From positions 1 through 64,000 of the IMG/VR virus record IMGVR_UViG_3300013105_000022: a DNA stretch of 64,000 nucleotides. One strand, given 5' to 3'. Below, piece after piece: positions 7,199 to 15,911 of this stretch (positions within the stretch are counted from its first letter, which is position 1; each line of letters begins with the position of its first letter). The position numbers and the translations under genes are program-made. The notes beneath the pieces were generated by a model. The model saw only the letters and a program-made list of their open reading frames with translations. It was not told the origin of the DNA and ran no database searches. This stretch comes from a virus (taxonomy: Duplodnaviria; Caudoviricetes).

Positions 7199-7271
7199 GG
7201 GGTATGAGCCATGATGGTGACGGCACCAGTCTTCCAAACTGGTTAGGTGGGTTCGATTCCCGCATACCTCT
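7199..7271 (+). tRNA. tRNA-Gly(TCC)
   Basis: CCAGT-CTTCCAA-ACTGG; U73. Confidence 0.88.
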
Positions 7272-7376
7272 CTCAACGCCGTAGGTTCGATTCCTGAAAT
7301 AGCTCGCTGGTGCGTGTGCGGCGCTGTACCAATGATTTACGCCGAGGGTTGCATTCAAACTAACTCCAGGCCCAAC

Positions 7377-7447
7377 GTCTATATGGTGAAATGGTATCAT
7401 CTCAGCTTGCCAAGCTGAGGGCGCGGGTTCGATTCCCGCTATAGGCT
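7377..7447 (+). tRNA. tRNA-Gly(GCC)
   Basis: TCAGC-TTGCCAA-GCTGA; U73. Confidence 0.9.
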
Positions 7448-7452
7448 CTCGT

Positions 7453-7635
7453 GGATTCAGTAAGTCAACATCTTGAAATGCAGGACGGCGGGGAGCTATT
7501 GGCGTAGCGGTGATCCGGCGAGCAGTTGGTGTTCATGGACATGATAACAAGATGAAGGACGACTGGGGTTTTTCATAGGTGATCCTGCTACCTCCTCCTT
7601 TCGGCCCTGTAGCGGCGTACCTGCTTACTGAATCC
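7453..7635 (+). ncRNA. ~183 nt rod-shaped RNA (6S-like size and shape)
   Basis: GGATTCAGTAAGT/GCTTACTGAATCC closing helix plus nested helices and an internal bubble. Confidence 0.5.
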
Positions 7636-7735
7636 CAATTGTGCCCTAGGGGCGGTGTTGGCCGATACCAACGAGGAATATCCGCGCTTGCGCAGTGAAC
7701 AACCTCAGGAGTCGTAGCACGTCGTAAGGGACTTT

Positions 7736-7807
7736 GCCCCTCTAGTTCTAGTGGTAAAACACCGGTCTTGTAAACCGGCTTCAGGAGTTCGATTCTTCTG
7801 AGGGGCA
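7736..7807 (+). tRNA. tRNA-Thr(TGT)
   Basis: CCGGT-CTTGTAA-ACCGG. Confidence 0.9.
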
Positions 7808-7912
7808 CGCTAGCAAACGGCTGAAAAAGGGATTGTAGTAAGCCAGTCTTCCAAACCAGAATCCCCGAAAGACACAGGCTCGAAAGAGTGCTAACTGTTA
7901 GGGAAGACATAT

Positions 7913-7983
7913 GCCGGATTAGCATAGTGGTAGTGCACCTGTTTCGTAATCAGGTAGCGCGGGTTCGATTCCCGCATTTGGCT
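7913..7983 (+). tRNA. tRNA-Thr(CGT)
   Basis: CCTGT-TTCGTAA-TCAGG. Confidence 0.88.
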
Positions 7984-8126
7984 CAAAGGGTGCAGGCTCA
8001 TATTTGTCTGCTCAATAGAGGATGCTAAATCCGACGCCTGAGGGTAGGAATGCCCGTCTCGCGAGACGAAATCCGTTGGGGTGTATGACCTCAGGAAGGG
8101 CGATAGTAGGTGCCCAATCATGCCAT

Positions 8127-8198
8127 GCCGCTTTAGCTCAGGGGTAGAGCATCTGCATGGTAAGCAGAAGGCCGTGGGTTCGAGACCCACAAGTGGCT
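8127..8198 (+). tRNA. tRNA-Thr(GGT)
   Basis: TCTGC-ATGGTAA-GCAGA. Confidence 0.9.
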
Positions 8199-8305
8199 CA
8201 GGGACGAATGTGACCTCATCACGCCACCCTATAAAGGCAGAACTTGAGGACGTTGAATGGGTTTTGGCTGACCTCTCACGGGCAATACGAGAAGTTGCCC
8301 TCTAT

Positions 8306-8378
8306 GGATGTGTGGCGCAGTGGCTAGCGCACCTGTATGACTCACAGGAGGTCGAGAGTTCGAATCTCTCCACATCTA
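8306..8378 (+). tRNA. tRNA-Val(GAC)
   Basis: CCTGT-ATGACTC-ACAGG. Confidence 0.9.
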
Positions 8379-8438
8379 CGCTTGACATCTGCAAGGATCG
8401 TCCCTAGACTGGTAACAACCAATCAAGAGGAGGGCACA

Positions 8439-8876
8439 ATGCCTTGTAGAGTTGAACTGTCGGAAGCAGAACTGGAAGCCGAGCGTCAGGCACGCTCCAA
8501 CCGCGAAATCGCTAAGGCCCTGAAGCCGGTGCAGGATCGCAATGACGACCTCACACACGAGAACGATCTTCTCCGTGAGACCATCCTGAACGTCGTCAAC
8601 GTCTTGGGAGACGAGGCCAAGAGCCTGATCCCGGACAAGCTCTTGAAGCACATCGAGCAGGATCAGGTAGAGCATCGCAAGGAAGACCTTCGCCGCCTGG
8701 AAGCCACACTGAACGAAAAAGTGGCGGTCCTTTACAAGGGCAAGAACTTCCGTGCAGGAGAGCAGGGTTGGAAGGAGGAGCGCAACGTTCTTTTCGATCA
8801 CATGCACCGCGTTTACACGGCTGATCCCAAGCTCCCGCTTGAGCCTCAACTTGGCTTCGATCCCGACAGCTACTAA
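8439..8876 (+). CDS. Hypothetical coiled-coil protein
   Basis: Own TTGACA/TAGACT promoter and GAGGAGG SD; start MPCRVELS. Confidence 0.8.
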   Translation: MPCRVELSEAELEAERQARSNREIAKALKPVQDRNDDLTHENDLLRETILNVVNVLGDEAKSLIPDKLLKHIEQDQVEHRKEDLRRLEATLNEKVAVLYKGKNFRAGEQGWKEERNVLFDHMHRVYTADPKLPLEPQLGFDPDSY

Positions 8877-8952
8877 GAATTGATACCCGGCAGGGCTTGT
8901 GATGATGTCACCTGTCTGGTATCTTTGGACTAGCTCACCTTACGGGCTATAC

Positions 8953-9022
8953 GGTTCGCGGGGTGGTTTCCTCCCCTGAGTTTTACACACTCGGACGCAC
9001 GGTTCAATTCCGTGGCGAACTA
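8953..9022 (+). tRNA. Atypical tRNA-Val(TAC), 6-bp anticodon stem
   Basis: GGTTCGC/GCGAACT, CTGAGT-TTTACAC-ACTCGG, CACGG-TTCAATT-CCGTG. Confidence 0.7.
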
Positions 9023-9065
9023 CAGTCTTGAATCGGACACTAGACTCTTGGAAGGAGGACCCGTC

Positions 9066-9554
9066 ATGACTGCATACGTAGAGCTTTACAATCAAGGTGC
9101 ATGCCTTGACGACAGCGGTTCCATCAAGGGTCAGCTTCTGAAGAGGATTTCGGTTCAGAAGGCTATGAACATGATGTGGCGCGGTGTCGCCAGGATTCTG
9201 GACGTGGACGAAGGAACCTTCGGACAGTTCGAGAAGCCCCGAGCATTGGAGTTGGTTAGATACGTCTACACCAAGTGGATGTACGAGCGCAAGGGCGAGA
9301 TTCGTCCGACGCGGCGCACCATCCTCCGACGCGACGACTACACATGCACGTACTGTGGCCAGTACGGTGACACGCTTGACCACATCCAGCCCCGCTCGCG
9401 CGGTGGTAAGGACTCGTGGGAGAACCTGATTACCGCTTGCCTCAAGTGCAACAACGTCAAGGACGACAGGACCCCTCAGGAAGCTGGCATGAAGCTCAGG
9501 TTCCAGCCGAGGGTACCTGAGTTCAAGGAAATCTACTCGTGGGGACGAGGCTAA
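9066..9554 (+). CDS. HNH endonuclease
   Basis: RDDYTCTYCG..TLDHIQPRSRGGKDSWENLITACLKCNNVK. Confidence 0.92.
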   Translation: MTAYVELYNQGACLDDSGSIKGQLLKRISVQKAMNMMWRGVARILDVDEGTFGQFEKPRALELVRYVYTKWMYERKGEIRPTRRTILRRDDYTCTYCGQYGDTLDHIQPRSRGGKDSWENLITACLKCNNVKDDRTPQEAGMKLRFQPRVPEFKEIYSWGRG

Positions 9555-9556
9555 AT

Positions 9557-9829
9557 ATGACGTACTACGACAACAAAGAAGCCCTGAAGGGCACTGTTAG
9601 GGAGCTTGCCGCCAAGAGGCTGGGAGCTTCCGACACAGACAAGATCGAGTATGGAACGTACACCTGGGACTCCGGTTTCTGTGAGACGTGTTCGTACACC
9701 GAATACGAGTTCGTCGTTCTCCTGAACGGCGAGGTCGTATACGACTCAAAAGGCAACCAGTACATCGACGGATACGACATCTTCGGGGCATTCCAGGAAT
9801 GGCTCGATGGAGTAGAAGAGAAGTACTGA
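9557..9829 (+). CDS. Hypothetical protein (GFCETC motif)
   Basis: Follows the HNH gene; GAGG SD. Confidence 0.7.
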   Translation: MTYYDNKEALKGTVRELAAKRLGASDTDKIEYGTYTWDSGFCETCSYTEYEFVVLLNGEVVYDSKGNQYIDGYDIFGAFQEWLDGVEEKY

Positions 9830-9958
9830 GAACCCCACAGGACAGCTACTTGTCTCCTGGCCTATAACCGATTTGCGGATAGCGGCGAAGGTAGTCGTTG
9901 GGTATACTGGAACGAGCTAGGTATACAAGTCGGGAGGGTACGTGAATCCCTCCCATAT

Positions 9959-10033
9959 TCCTCTGTAGCGCTCCAGGCGAGTGCGCCACGCTGTTAACGT
10001 GGAGGTAGGTTGGTTCGAGTCCAGCCAGGGGAG
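9959..10033 (+). tRNA. tRNA-Asn(GTT)
   Basis: CCACG-CTGTTAA-CGTGG; G73. Confidence 0.85.
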
Positions 10034-10236
10034 CTACCCGATATACACCGAGCAGTGCCACCACACTGGGCTAACTCGGAACCGATGTACCGCGACGGCG
10101 GAACTGCATCTAGGGCAGGCATACGAAGTGGTGGATTGAAGGATAGCATTACTACGAGGACACGTACGACCTTAGTGGTGGCTCATCCTCTCCGTGGAAG
10201 TCGGGGCGTGCCGTGGCCACGATACAAAGCCGCCTT

Positions 10237-10308
10237 ACCCCTGTAGCTCAGTGGCAGAGCAGGAAGCTGTTAACTTCAAGGTCGTTGGTTCGAATCCAGC
10301 CAGGGGTG
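10237..10308 (+). tRNA. tRNA-Asn(GTT)
   Basis: GGAAG-CTGTTAA-CTTCA; canonical D/T arms. Confidence 0.9.
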
Positions 10309-10373
10309 CTCTACAAACAAAGAAAACTAGAAAACAACTTGACAACCAACCAGAACAGGCGTAAAAATAGATC

Positions 10374-11453
10374 ATGACTTACTACATCAGAGCAGGAGCG
10401 CGGTTCAACGTCGCAGACAAGAACGCGCTGAACCTCCAGGAGAACCTTCCTGTAGGCACTTACACTGTCGGCTGGGACGAGATGAACAGCCGCTTCTTCC
10501 TCTCAATGGTCGCGAACCTGGAAATCTCCGGTAAGGTCTACGGAGACACCAACAAGGTCACCGAGCGCATCTTCACCACGTTCATGGATCGCCCGGCTTC
10601 GACCGGTGTCATGCTCGCGGGTGAGAAGGGTTCAGGTAAGACCCTCCAGGCCAAGAAGCTGAGTCACATCGGCCTCCAGAACAACATCCCGACCATCATC
10701 ATCAACCAGCCGTGGCACGGTGAACTGTTCAACCAGTTCATGCAGACCATCGATCAGCCTACGATCATTCTCTTCGATGAGTTCGAGAAGACGTACGATG
10801 AGCAGAAGTCTCAGGAAGCACTCCTGACTCTCTTCGATGGGGTCTACCCGTCCAAGAAGATGTTCGTCATCACGTGCAACGACTCGTACCGCATCAACCA
10901 GCACTTGAAGAACCGTCCCGGTCGTATCTACTACCGCAAGGACTACAAGGGTCTGGAGCGCGAGTTCATCGAGGAGTACTGCCGTGACAACCTCAAGAAC
11001 CAGGCCAACATGGAGGGCGTCTGCAAGATCGCAGTAGCTTTCTCGGAGTTCAACTTCGACATCCTCAAGGCTATGGTCGAGGAGATGAACCGCTACGACG
11101 AGACGGCTCAGGAGACGATGAGTTTCCTGAACGCTCGCCCTGAGTTCAGCAACATGGCTGACTACGAGGGATTCATCCTCTCTGAGGACAAGAAGATTGC
11201 CGTCACTTGGAGGGGTGCACCGCTGAACGGTAACCCCATCCGCATCTACTTCACCGCTCCCGGTGCCGCTAAGGACTGGGAAGACAGCCTCCTGGGGCTG
11301 GATGAGGACGGAGACGGCTCTGCCGAGTTCCTTGTCTCTGACCTTGTGAAGGTCGATGCTCAGACAGGATCGTTCCTCTTCGTGAACAGCGAGAAGGTCG
11401 AACTTCACCTGACCAAGAAGGTCGAAAAGACCTACAATTACAACGCCTTCTGA
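10374..11453 (+). CDS. AAA+ ATPase
   Basis: Walker A GEKGSGKT, Walker B ILFDEFEK, NRPGRI arginine finger. Confidence 0.9.
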   Translation: MTYYIRAGARFNVADKNALNLQENLPVGTYTVGWDEMNSRFFLSMVANLEISGKVYGDTNKVTERIFTTFMDRPASTGVMLAGEKGSGKTLQAKKLSHIGLQNNIPTIIINQPWHGELFNQFMQTIDQPTIILFDEFEKTYDEQKSQEALLTLFDGVYPSKKMFVITCNDSYRINQHLKNRPGRIYYRKDYKGLEREFIEEYCRDNLKNQANMEGVCKIAVAFSEFNFDILKAMVEEMNRYDETAQETMSFLNARPEFSNMADYEGFILSEDKKIAVTWRGAPLNGNPIRIYFTAPGAAKDWEDSLLGLDEDGDGSAEFLVSDLVKVDAQTGSFLFVNSEKVELHLTKKVEKTYNYNAF

Positions 11454-11638
11454 ACATGATCGTATTCATGCCTTTCTCAAGGACTAACGGATTGCGGGAC
11501 TTCCTGGCTCTGGTCACGAGGTTCATGCTCTAGAATTCCGACAGTCAATCTTCAGTAGACCCGAGTGCTTTACTGATTATGGACGGGAATGCCGGAGGGC
11601 GATAAACTCTCAGGGGTGCGACTGAACAACGCACATAC

Positions 11639-11710
11639 GCCGCTATGGTCCAATGGATACGATACTAGGCTACGAACCTGGGGATTTCAGTTCGATTCTG
11701 AATAGTGGTA
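11639..11710 (+). tRNA. tRNA-Arg(ACG)
   Basis: CTAGG-CTACGAA-CCTGG. Confidence 0.9.
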
Positions 11711-11743
11711 CGTTACCCCTTTCATCTGTGATAAGATGGAAGG

Positions 11744-12142
11744 ATGAACACACGAGTACAAGAATGGCGAGAGTCAAAGAGAAAGCCGTGTCCCGGTGGA
11801 TGCGGAACTACTGTGGCTTACGACACTGTTCTATGCCGATCTTGTCACTCACTAGCTAAGCGTGACCGAGCACTGGATAAGACAGTCGGTGAACTCAAGG
11901 CAACAAGCAAGAGCCTAAGGTGGACCGACCACGTTCGTTACTTTGCTAGAAAGATGCATCAGTTTGCTGAGTGTGAAGTTTGCGGATACGCCAAAATGGT
12001 AGAAGTAGCTCACATCGTTGACGTGGCATCTTTTCCGGACACGGCTACTATTCGAGAAGTAAACGCAAGAGAGAACGTCAGAGGCCTATGCCCCAATCAT
12101 CACTGGGAATTTGACAACGGCGTTCTAAATGAGCCGCTATAG
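11744..12142 (+). CDS. HNH endonuclease
   Basis: CEVCG..EVAHIVDV..N.RGLCPNHHWEFD; stop codon lies inside the next tRNA. Confidence 0.88.
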   Translation: MNTRVQEWRESKRKPCPGGCGTTVAYDTVLCRSCHSLAKRDRALDKTVGELKATSKSLRWTDHVRYFARKMHQFAECEVCGYAKMVEVAHIVDVASFPDTATIREVNARENVRGLCPNHHWEFDNGVLNEPL

Positions 12143-12204
12143 TACAAGGGATAGTGCTTCTGCCTCCTAAGCAGAGAATCCAGGTTCGAGTCCTGGTAGT
12201 GGCG
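12133..12204 (+). tRNA. tRNA-Arg(CCT)
   Basis: TCTGC-CTCCTAA-GCAGA. Confidence 0.9.
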
Positions 12205-12222
12205 CGCTAGAAAGGAACAGAG

Positions 12223-12814
12223 ATGACACCTGAAGAGATTGAGGATGCGGCAACGCAACTCGTAGTGGAGCATCTTGACGAGGGTATCGAATACCTTACG
12301 GTATCTGAAGCACTCTTCGAGGAGCACGAAGAAGTCAGTGAGGAAGACACCAAGGCCGTGTTCGACAAGGCCAACCGTATCCTTACGAAGATCATCGATA
12401 TGTACTTCGAGGATGCCGACTAGTGGACGAATTCGATCACCCACTCTTCCTCCACGGTATGGATGTGGGTGAGTCCATCGGTGAATACAACGCTCAGGCT
12501 GAGGCACAGCGCGCTTACGACATGGGCGAGATTGAGCTTTGGCTCGCATTCTACAAGCCGAAGACCATTTCCGAGTGGGTCGAATGGGAATTGGAACACG
12601 GAAGATCAGGTGATTTCGAGAAAAGGTGGGCAAGATGACACAAACAATTCGGCTTACCTCTCAGGAGACCGGCGAGTTGATTGACGAATTCGAGGTAGAG
12701 GACGATGAGTTCGCTATCTGGGAAAGAGCGGCAAGCAAGATGGGTCTCACGGTCGAGGAATTCCTTGTCAAGGCAATCCACGACTTCGCAGACAATTACA
12801 AGCCCAAGAAGTAA
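12223..12814 (+). CDS. Three coupled small acidic hypothetical genes (12223-12423, 12423-12638, 12635-12814)
   Basis: Overlapping stop/start codons, SD before the first. Confidence 0.7.
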
Positions 12815-12844
12815 ACCCCCACTGAGCCGGGGTAAAGGCTCTGA

Positions 12845-12917
12845 TCCCCGGTAGTTTATGTTGGTAAAACGCCTGACTCTGAATCAGGAATGCTTGGATC
12901 GTCGCCAGGCTGGGGAG
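12845..12917 (+). tRNA. tRNA-Gln(CTG) with aberrant T loop
   Basis: CCTGA-CTCTGAA-TCAGG; T loop ATCGTCG. Confidence 0.8.
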
Positions 12918-12983
12918 CGAGGTAGCTATTTCACCTACGACAAATGGTCGCGAACTAGATCGTAGTGCGGTAGTTACCCACAT

Positions 12984-13054
12984 ACCGGAGTGGTGTAAAG
13001 GTAGCACAAGAGACTTTGACCCTCTTAGACTTGGTTCGATACCAGGCTCCGGTG
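12984..13054 (+). tRNA. tRNA-Gln(TTG)
   Basis: AGAGA-CTTTGAC-CCTCT; ACCGGAG/CTCCGGT acceptor. Confidence 0.85.
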
Positions 13055-13205
13055 CAATGCGAGGCCCACCCGCCATATGCAAATGCTAAGTGAGTGGCGC
13101 TCTGGGAGTTGCAACCCTCGCAGAAAGTCCTCAGGTAAGCAAGGCCAAATGTAATTACGACCTGAGGCAAGTTTTCGATAGTAGTCAGTGACTGAAGGAG
13201 TCATC

Positions 13206-13373
13206 ATGTACGATCCACAGATTGGCGACACCTGGACAAGGAACGGTCGCGAACTTCACATCATCCAGAGTGACCCGCTGAACAGCAGGGTTCAGATCGA
13301 GTACACGGAGTCAAGGCGTACGCGCTGGATCGACGTTGCCGACCTTCTTGCTAAGTACACCTTCGTAGCTTAG
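13206..13373 (+). CDS. Small hypothetical protein
   Basis: GAAGGAG SD; stop lies inside tRNA-Arg(CCG). Confidence 0.65.
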   Translation: MYDPQIGDTWTRNGRELHIIQSDPLNSRVQIEYTESRRTRWIDVADLLAKYTFVA

Positions 13374-13430
13374 AGGATAGAGCACATCCCTCCGAAGGAT
13401 GAGACACGGGTTCGAGTCCCGTCGAGGGTA
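13359..13430 (+). tRNA. tRNA-Arg(CCG)
   Basis: CATCC-CTCCGAA-GGATG. Confidence 0.92.
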
Positions 13431-13443
13431 CGTTAGGAGCATC

Positions 13444-13593
13444 ATGGCCAAGCTCATGGGCCGTATTCATTCGCGAAACTGTGACTGCAATATCGAGCAG
13501 TACGTGTCTGGTGTCGGTGAGAAGTGCAACCATCGCTACGGCGTGAAGCGCCAACGCTCCCGCGAGAAGCGACAGTGGAAGAAGGAATCGTGA
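13444..13593 (+). CDS. Small basic Cys/His protein
   Basis: AGGAG SD; ends KRQRSREKRQWKKES. Confidence 0.65.
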   Translation: MAKLMGRIHSRNCDCNIEQYVSGVGEKCNHRYGVKRQRSREKRQWKKES

Positions 13594-13736
13594 ACAAGTA
13601 CTTTGTGAACGCAGAGAACGAAGCAGGAACAGCCGGTGAGCGGCCTCTGATCGAGGCTGAGAGCGCCGAAGAAGCTCAGGCTATCTACGAGGGCTTTGGG
13701 ACGGGTTACGCCGTCACAAGCGTCGATGTGGCCTAA
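13590..13736 (+). CDS. Small acidic hypothetical protein
   Basis: GTGA overlap, AAGGA SD. Confidence 0.6.
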   Translation: MNKYFVNAENEAGTAGERPLIEAESAEEAQAIYEGFGTGYAVTSVDVA

Positions 13737-13851
13737 TGAGGGAATACGCGCAACAGCCGGTAGCTGTGAGGTTCACACCCAAAGTGCGTCCCGCTAGTCA
13801 ATTGCCTAGCCCCCCTAAAAGTCATCGCTTAAAAGTGCGATAGTAGAGGAC

Positions 13852-14286
13852 ATGAAAAGATGTCCCAAGTGTCAGACAGATAAGCCCCTAGCCGAGTTCG
13901 CGAAGCGGGCTAAGTCTCCTGACGGCCTACAGTCCTGGTGCCGGTCGTGCAACGCGGCTAGGTCCAAGCAGTACTACGCCGAGAACACAGAGAAGCACAA
14001 GTCTGTGGTGACTTATAGGGCCAATACTGAGCGCTTCCGTCAAAGGCAAATGCTTATCGAGTACAAGGAGTCGCATCCCTGTACAGATTGCGGACTTCAC
14101 TTCCCTTACTACGTCATGGACTTCGATCATCTAGACGGTAAGAAGTGTAATGTCTCCAGTATGCCTGGCAACTGGTCAGACGCAACTATTTGGGATGAAG
14201 TAGCAAAGTGCGAACTGGTATGTTCTAATTGTCATCGAATCCGCACACATACAAGACGGGTCTCTGGTGTAATGGTAGCACTGTAG
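13852..14286 (+). CDS. HNH endonuclease
   Basis: CTDCG..MDFDHLD..KCELVCSNCHRIRT; last codons lie inside tRNA-Lys. Confidence 0.9.
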   Translation: MKRCPKCQTDKPLAEFAKRAKSPDGLQSWCRSCNAARSKQYYAENTEKHKSVVTYRANTERFRQRQMLIEYKESHPCTDCGLHFPYYVMDFDHLDGKKCNVSSMPGNWSDATIWDEVAKCELVCSNCHRIRTHTRRVSGVMVAL

Positions 14287-14328
14287 GCTTTTACCCTTCA
14301 GGTCAGAGTTCGATCCTCTGGGGACCCA
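14258..14328 (+). tRNA. tRNA-Lys(TTT)
   Basis: GTAGG-CTTTTAC-CCTTC; GGGTCTC/GGGACCC acceptor. Confidence 0.8.
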
Positions 14329-14329
14329 C

Positions 14330-14488
14330 ATGAACAATCAAGAAGAACTCTCCGTCTACTTGCCTCTCGTGGTGGCCAAGATGCCAGACAAGAGGATCGT
14401 AGGCCTGAGAGTCGAATACGGGTACGTCTTTGTTGACGTGGAGGATGAGGTAGATTCTTACATCTTCCCTGTCTCTGACTTCATCTGA
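14330..14488 (+). CDS. Small hypothetical protein (52 aa)
   Basis: Open frame MNNQEELSVYLPLVVAKMPDKRIVGLRVEYGYVFVDV.. Confidence 0.5.
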   Translation: MNNQEELSVYLPLVVAKMPDKRIVGLRVEYGYVFVDVEDEVDSYIFPVSDFI

Positions 14489-14504
14489 GGCGTATACATG
14501 ACTT

Positions 14505-14579
14505 GGCGGTATGACCGAGTGGCATAGGTAACAGCTTGCAAACCTGTTTACGCCGGTTCGATTCCGGCTACCGTCTCCA
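14505..14579 (+). tRNA. tRNA-Cys(GCA), CCA encoded
   Basis: ACAGC-TTGCAAA-CCTGT; U73-CCA. Confidence 0.93.
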
Positions 14580-14601
14580 AGCACTAACAAGAGAGAACAC
14601 A

Positions 14602-14883
14602 ATGAAGCCACGTAGAGTACAGGTATCACATCAGAAGGACGAGGGGTTCACCCTCACTGTGGAAGAGTACTCACGTTTCCGCTCAGGGGTGGCATGGGTC
14701 GCAGACAAGCTCTGTGTACTGACAGGTCACCACTTCTGCAACTCAGGTCCCATCGCGTGGGCCTTCGAGTGGGACTGGCACGGCTCTACGGAGCTTGTAC
14801 GCATCCCCATCGAGCGTGAGACAGCAGATAAGCTCGCCTACGACAAGGATTCTTGGTCGTGGCTTGACGAATCCGACGAATGA
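14602..14883 (+). CDS. Hypothetical protein
   Basis: Start MKPRRVQ; phage-like codon usage. Confidence 0.7.
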   Translation: MKPRRVQVSHQKDEGFTLTVEEYSRFRSGVAWVADKLCVLTGHHFCNSGPIAWAFEWDWHGSTELVRIPIERETADKLAYDKDSWSWLDESDE

Positions 14884-15032
14884 GCGTATAACTGAAGTAG
14901 CCCATCAGCCAAGCTGACTGCCGAAGTCTAGAAATAGATGTACGCGGAGTGGTAGGTATGAGGACTCTAATTCCTTAGGGGAGTCTAGGATGGCAACCTG
15001 GCCGAGTATACGCGGACGAACAGCCAACAAAT

Positions 15033-15104
15033 GCCCCTGTAGCTGAGTGGATTAGCTGGAGCCTTCTAAACTCCGAGACGCAGGTTCGAATCCTGTCAGG
15101 GGCG
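15033..15104 (+). tRNA. tRNA-Arg(TCT)
   Basis: GGAGC-CTTCTAA-ACTCC. Confidence 0.9.
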
Positions 15105-15181
15105 CGAGACCGCGTGTGACACGGACTAATCGAGCCGTTAAGCGGCGCGGTCTTCTAACTTCGTAGCGCGATAGTATCAAT

Positions 15182-15499
15182 ATGAGTAAAATCCTTGATA
15201 TGCTGGCAGACGTAAACGCGCAGAAGAAGCTACACCTTCGTCTCGCCATCTTTTGGGCTATCAACCTACCGGTTGTGTGCCTGATCTACTTCCTTCTCCC
15301 TGAGGTCTGGAAGGAAGCAAGCATTCTCTATCTCGCAGTTGTCTCGATCTATGCGAACTTCGTAGGTGAGATTTCATCTTGGCAGGCCGCTAAGGTGGAA
15401 GTAAGGCAAGAAGAGATTGAAGCCGCAAGGCACGAAGAAGAACAAGAAAAGGTCGAGGAGATTGTCGAGCGAGTCAACGACATCACACCGGACAAATAA
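15182..15499 (+). CDS. Membrane protein (2 TM, charged C-terminus; holin-like possible)
   Basis: Two hydrophobic helices; leaderless after GATAGT. Confidence 0.7.
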   Translation: MSKILDMLADVNAQKKLHLRLAIFWAINLPVVCLIYFLLPEVWKEASILYLAVVSIYANFVGEISSWQAAKVEVRQEEIEAARHEEEQEKVEEIVERVNDITPDK

Positions 15500-15572
15500 G
15501 CCCGCATGGTGTACTGGTAGTGCACGTTTGTCTGATACGCAAAAGGTCCTAGTTCAACTCTAGGTGTGGGTA
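15500..15572 (+). tRNA. tRNA-Ile(GAT)
   Basis: TTTGT-CTGATAC-GCAAA. Confidence 0.85.
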
Positions 15573-15644
15573 CGGTAGGGGAGGCCTCCCCTGCAAGAGG
15601 CGAGTGGGGTTCGATTCCTCCTGGTTGGAACATTCGCTTCGCAT

Positions 15645-15718
15645 AGTCCTTTAGCTCAGTTGGTTAGAGCGCAACACTGATAATGTTGAGGTCCAGGGTT
15701 CAAATCCCTGAAGGGCTA
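15645..15718 (+). tRNA. tRNA-Ile(GAT)
   Basis: CAACA-CTGATAA-TGTTG; canonical. Confidence 0.93.
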
Positions 15719-15784
15719 CTAACGTGAATCCTCACTGCGGGGAGACGGAAGGCTGGTCCCGGCCTATCACGTGAAAGGGCATAT

Positions 15785-15857
15785 GGGGTCTTAGCTCAGT
15801 TGGTAGAGCATCTGTCTGGCAGACAGAAGGTCAGGGGTTCGAATCCCCTATTCTCCA
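15785..15857 (+). tRNA. tRNA-Ala(GGC)
   Basis: TCTGT-CTGGCAG-ACAGA; G3:U70; two acceptor mismatches. Confidence 0.85.
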
Positions 15858-15911
15858 CAGCCGAGAGTAGCTAGCTCTCACAATAGTCTCTGTTGCTGAG
15901 ACGGGCACTAT

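Noticed and set aside
7818-7872. Hammerhead ribozyme or c-di-AMP riboswitch
   Set aside because: Core is CTGAAAA rather than CTGANGA; only scattered riboswitch-like words and no downstream CDS.
10056-10074. CCACCACACTGGGCTA resembling the acceptor loop of the permuted element at 6339
   Set aside because: No adjacent T or D arm, so a second permuted tRNA cannot be supported.
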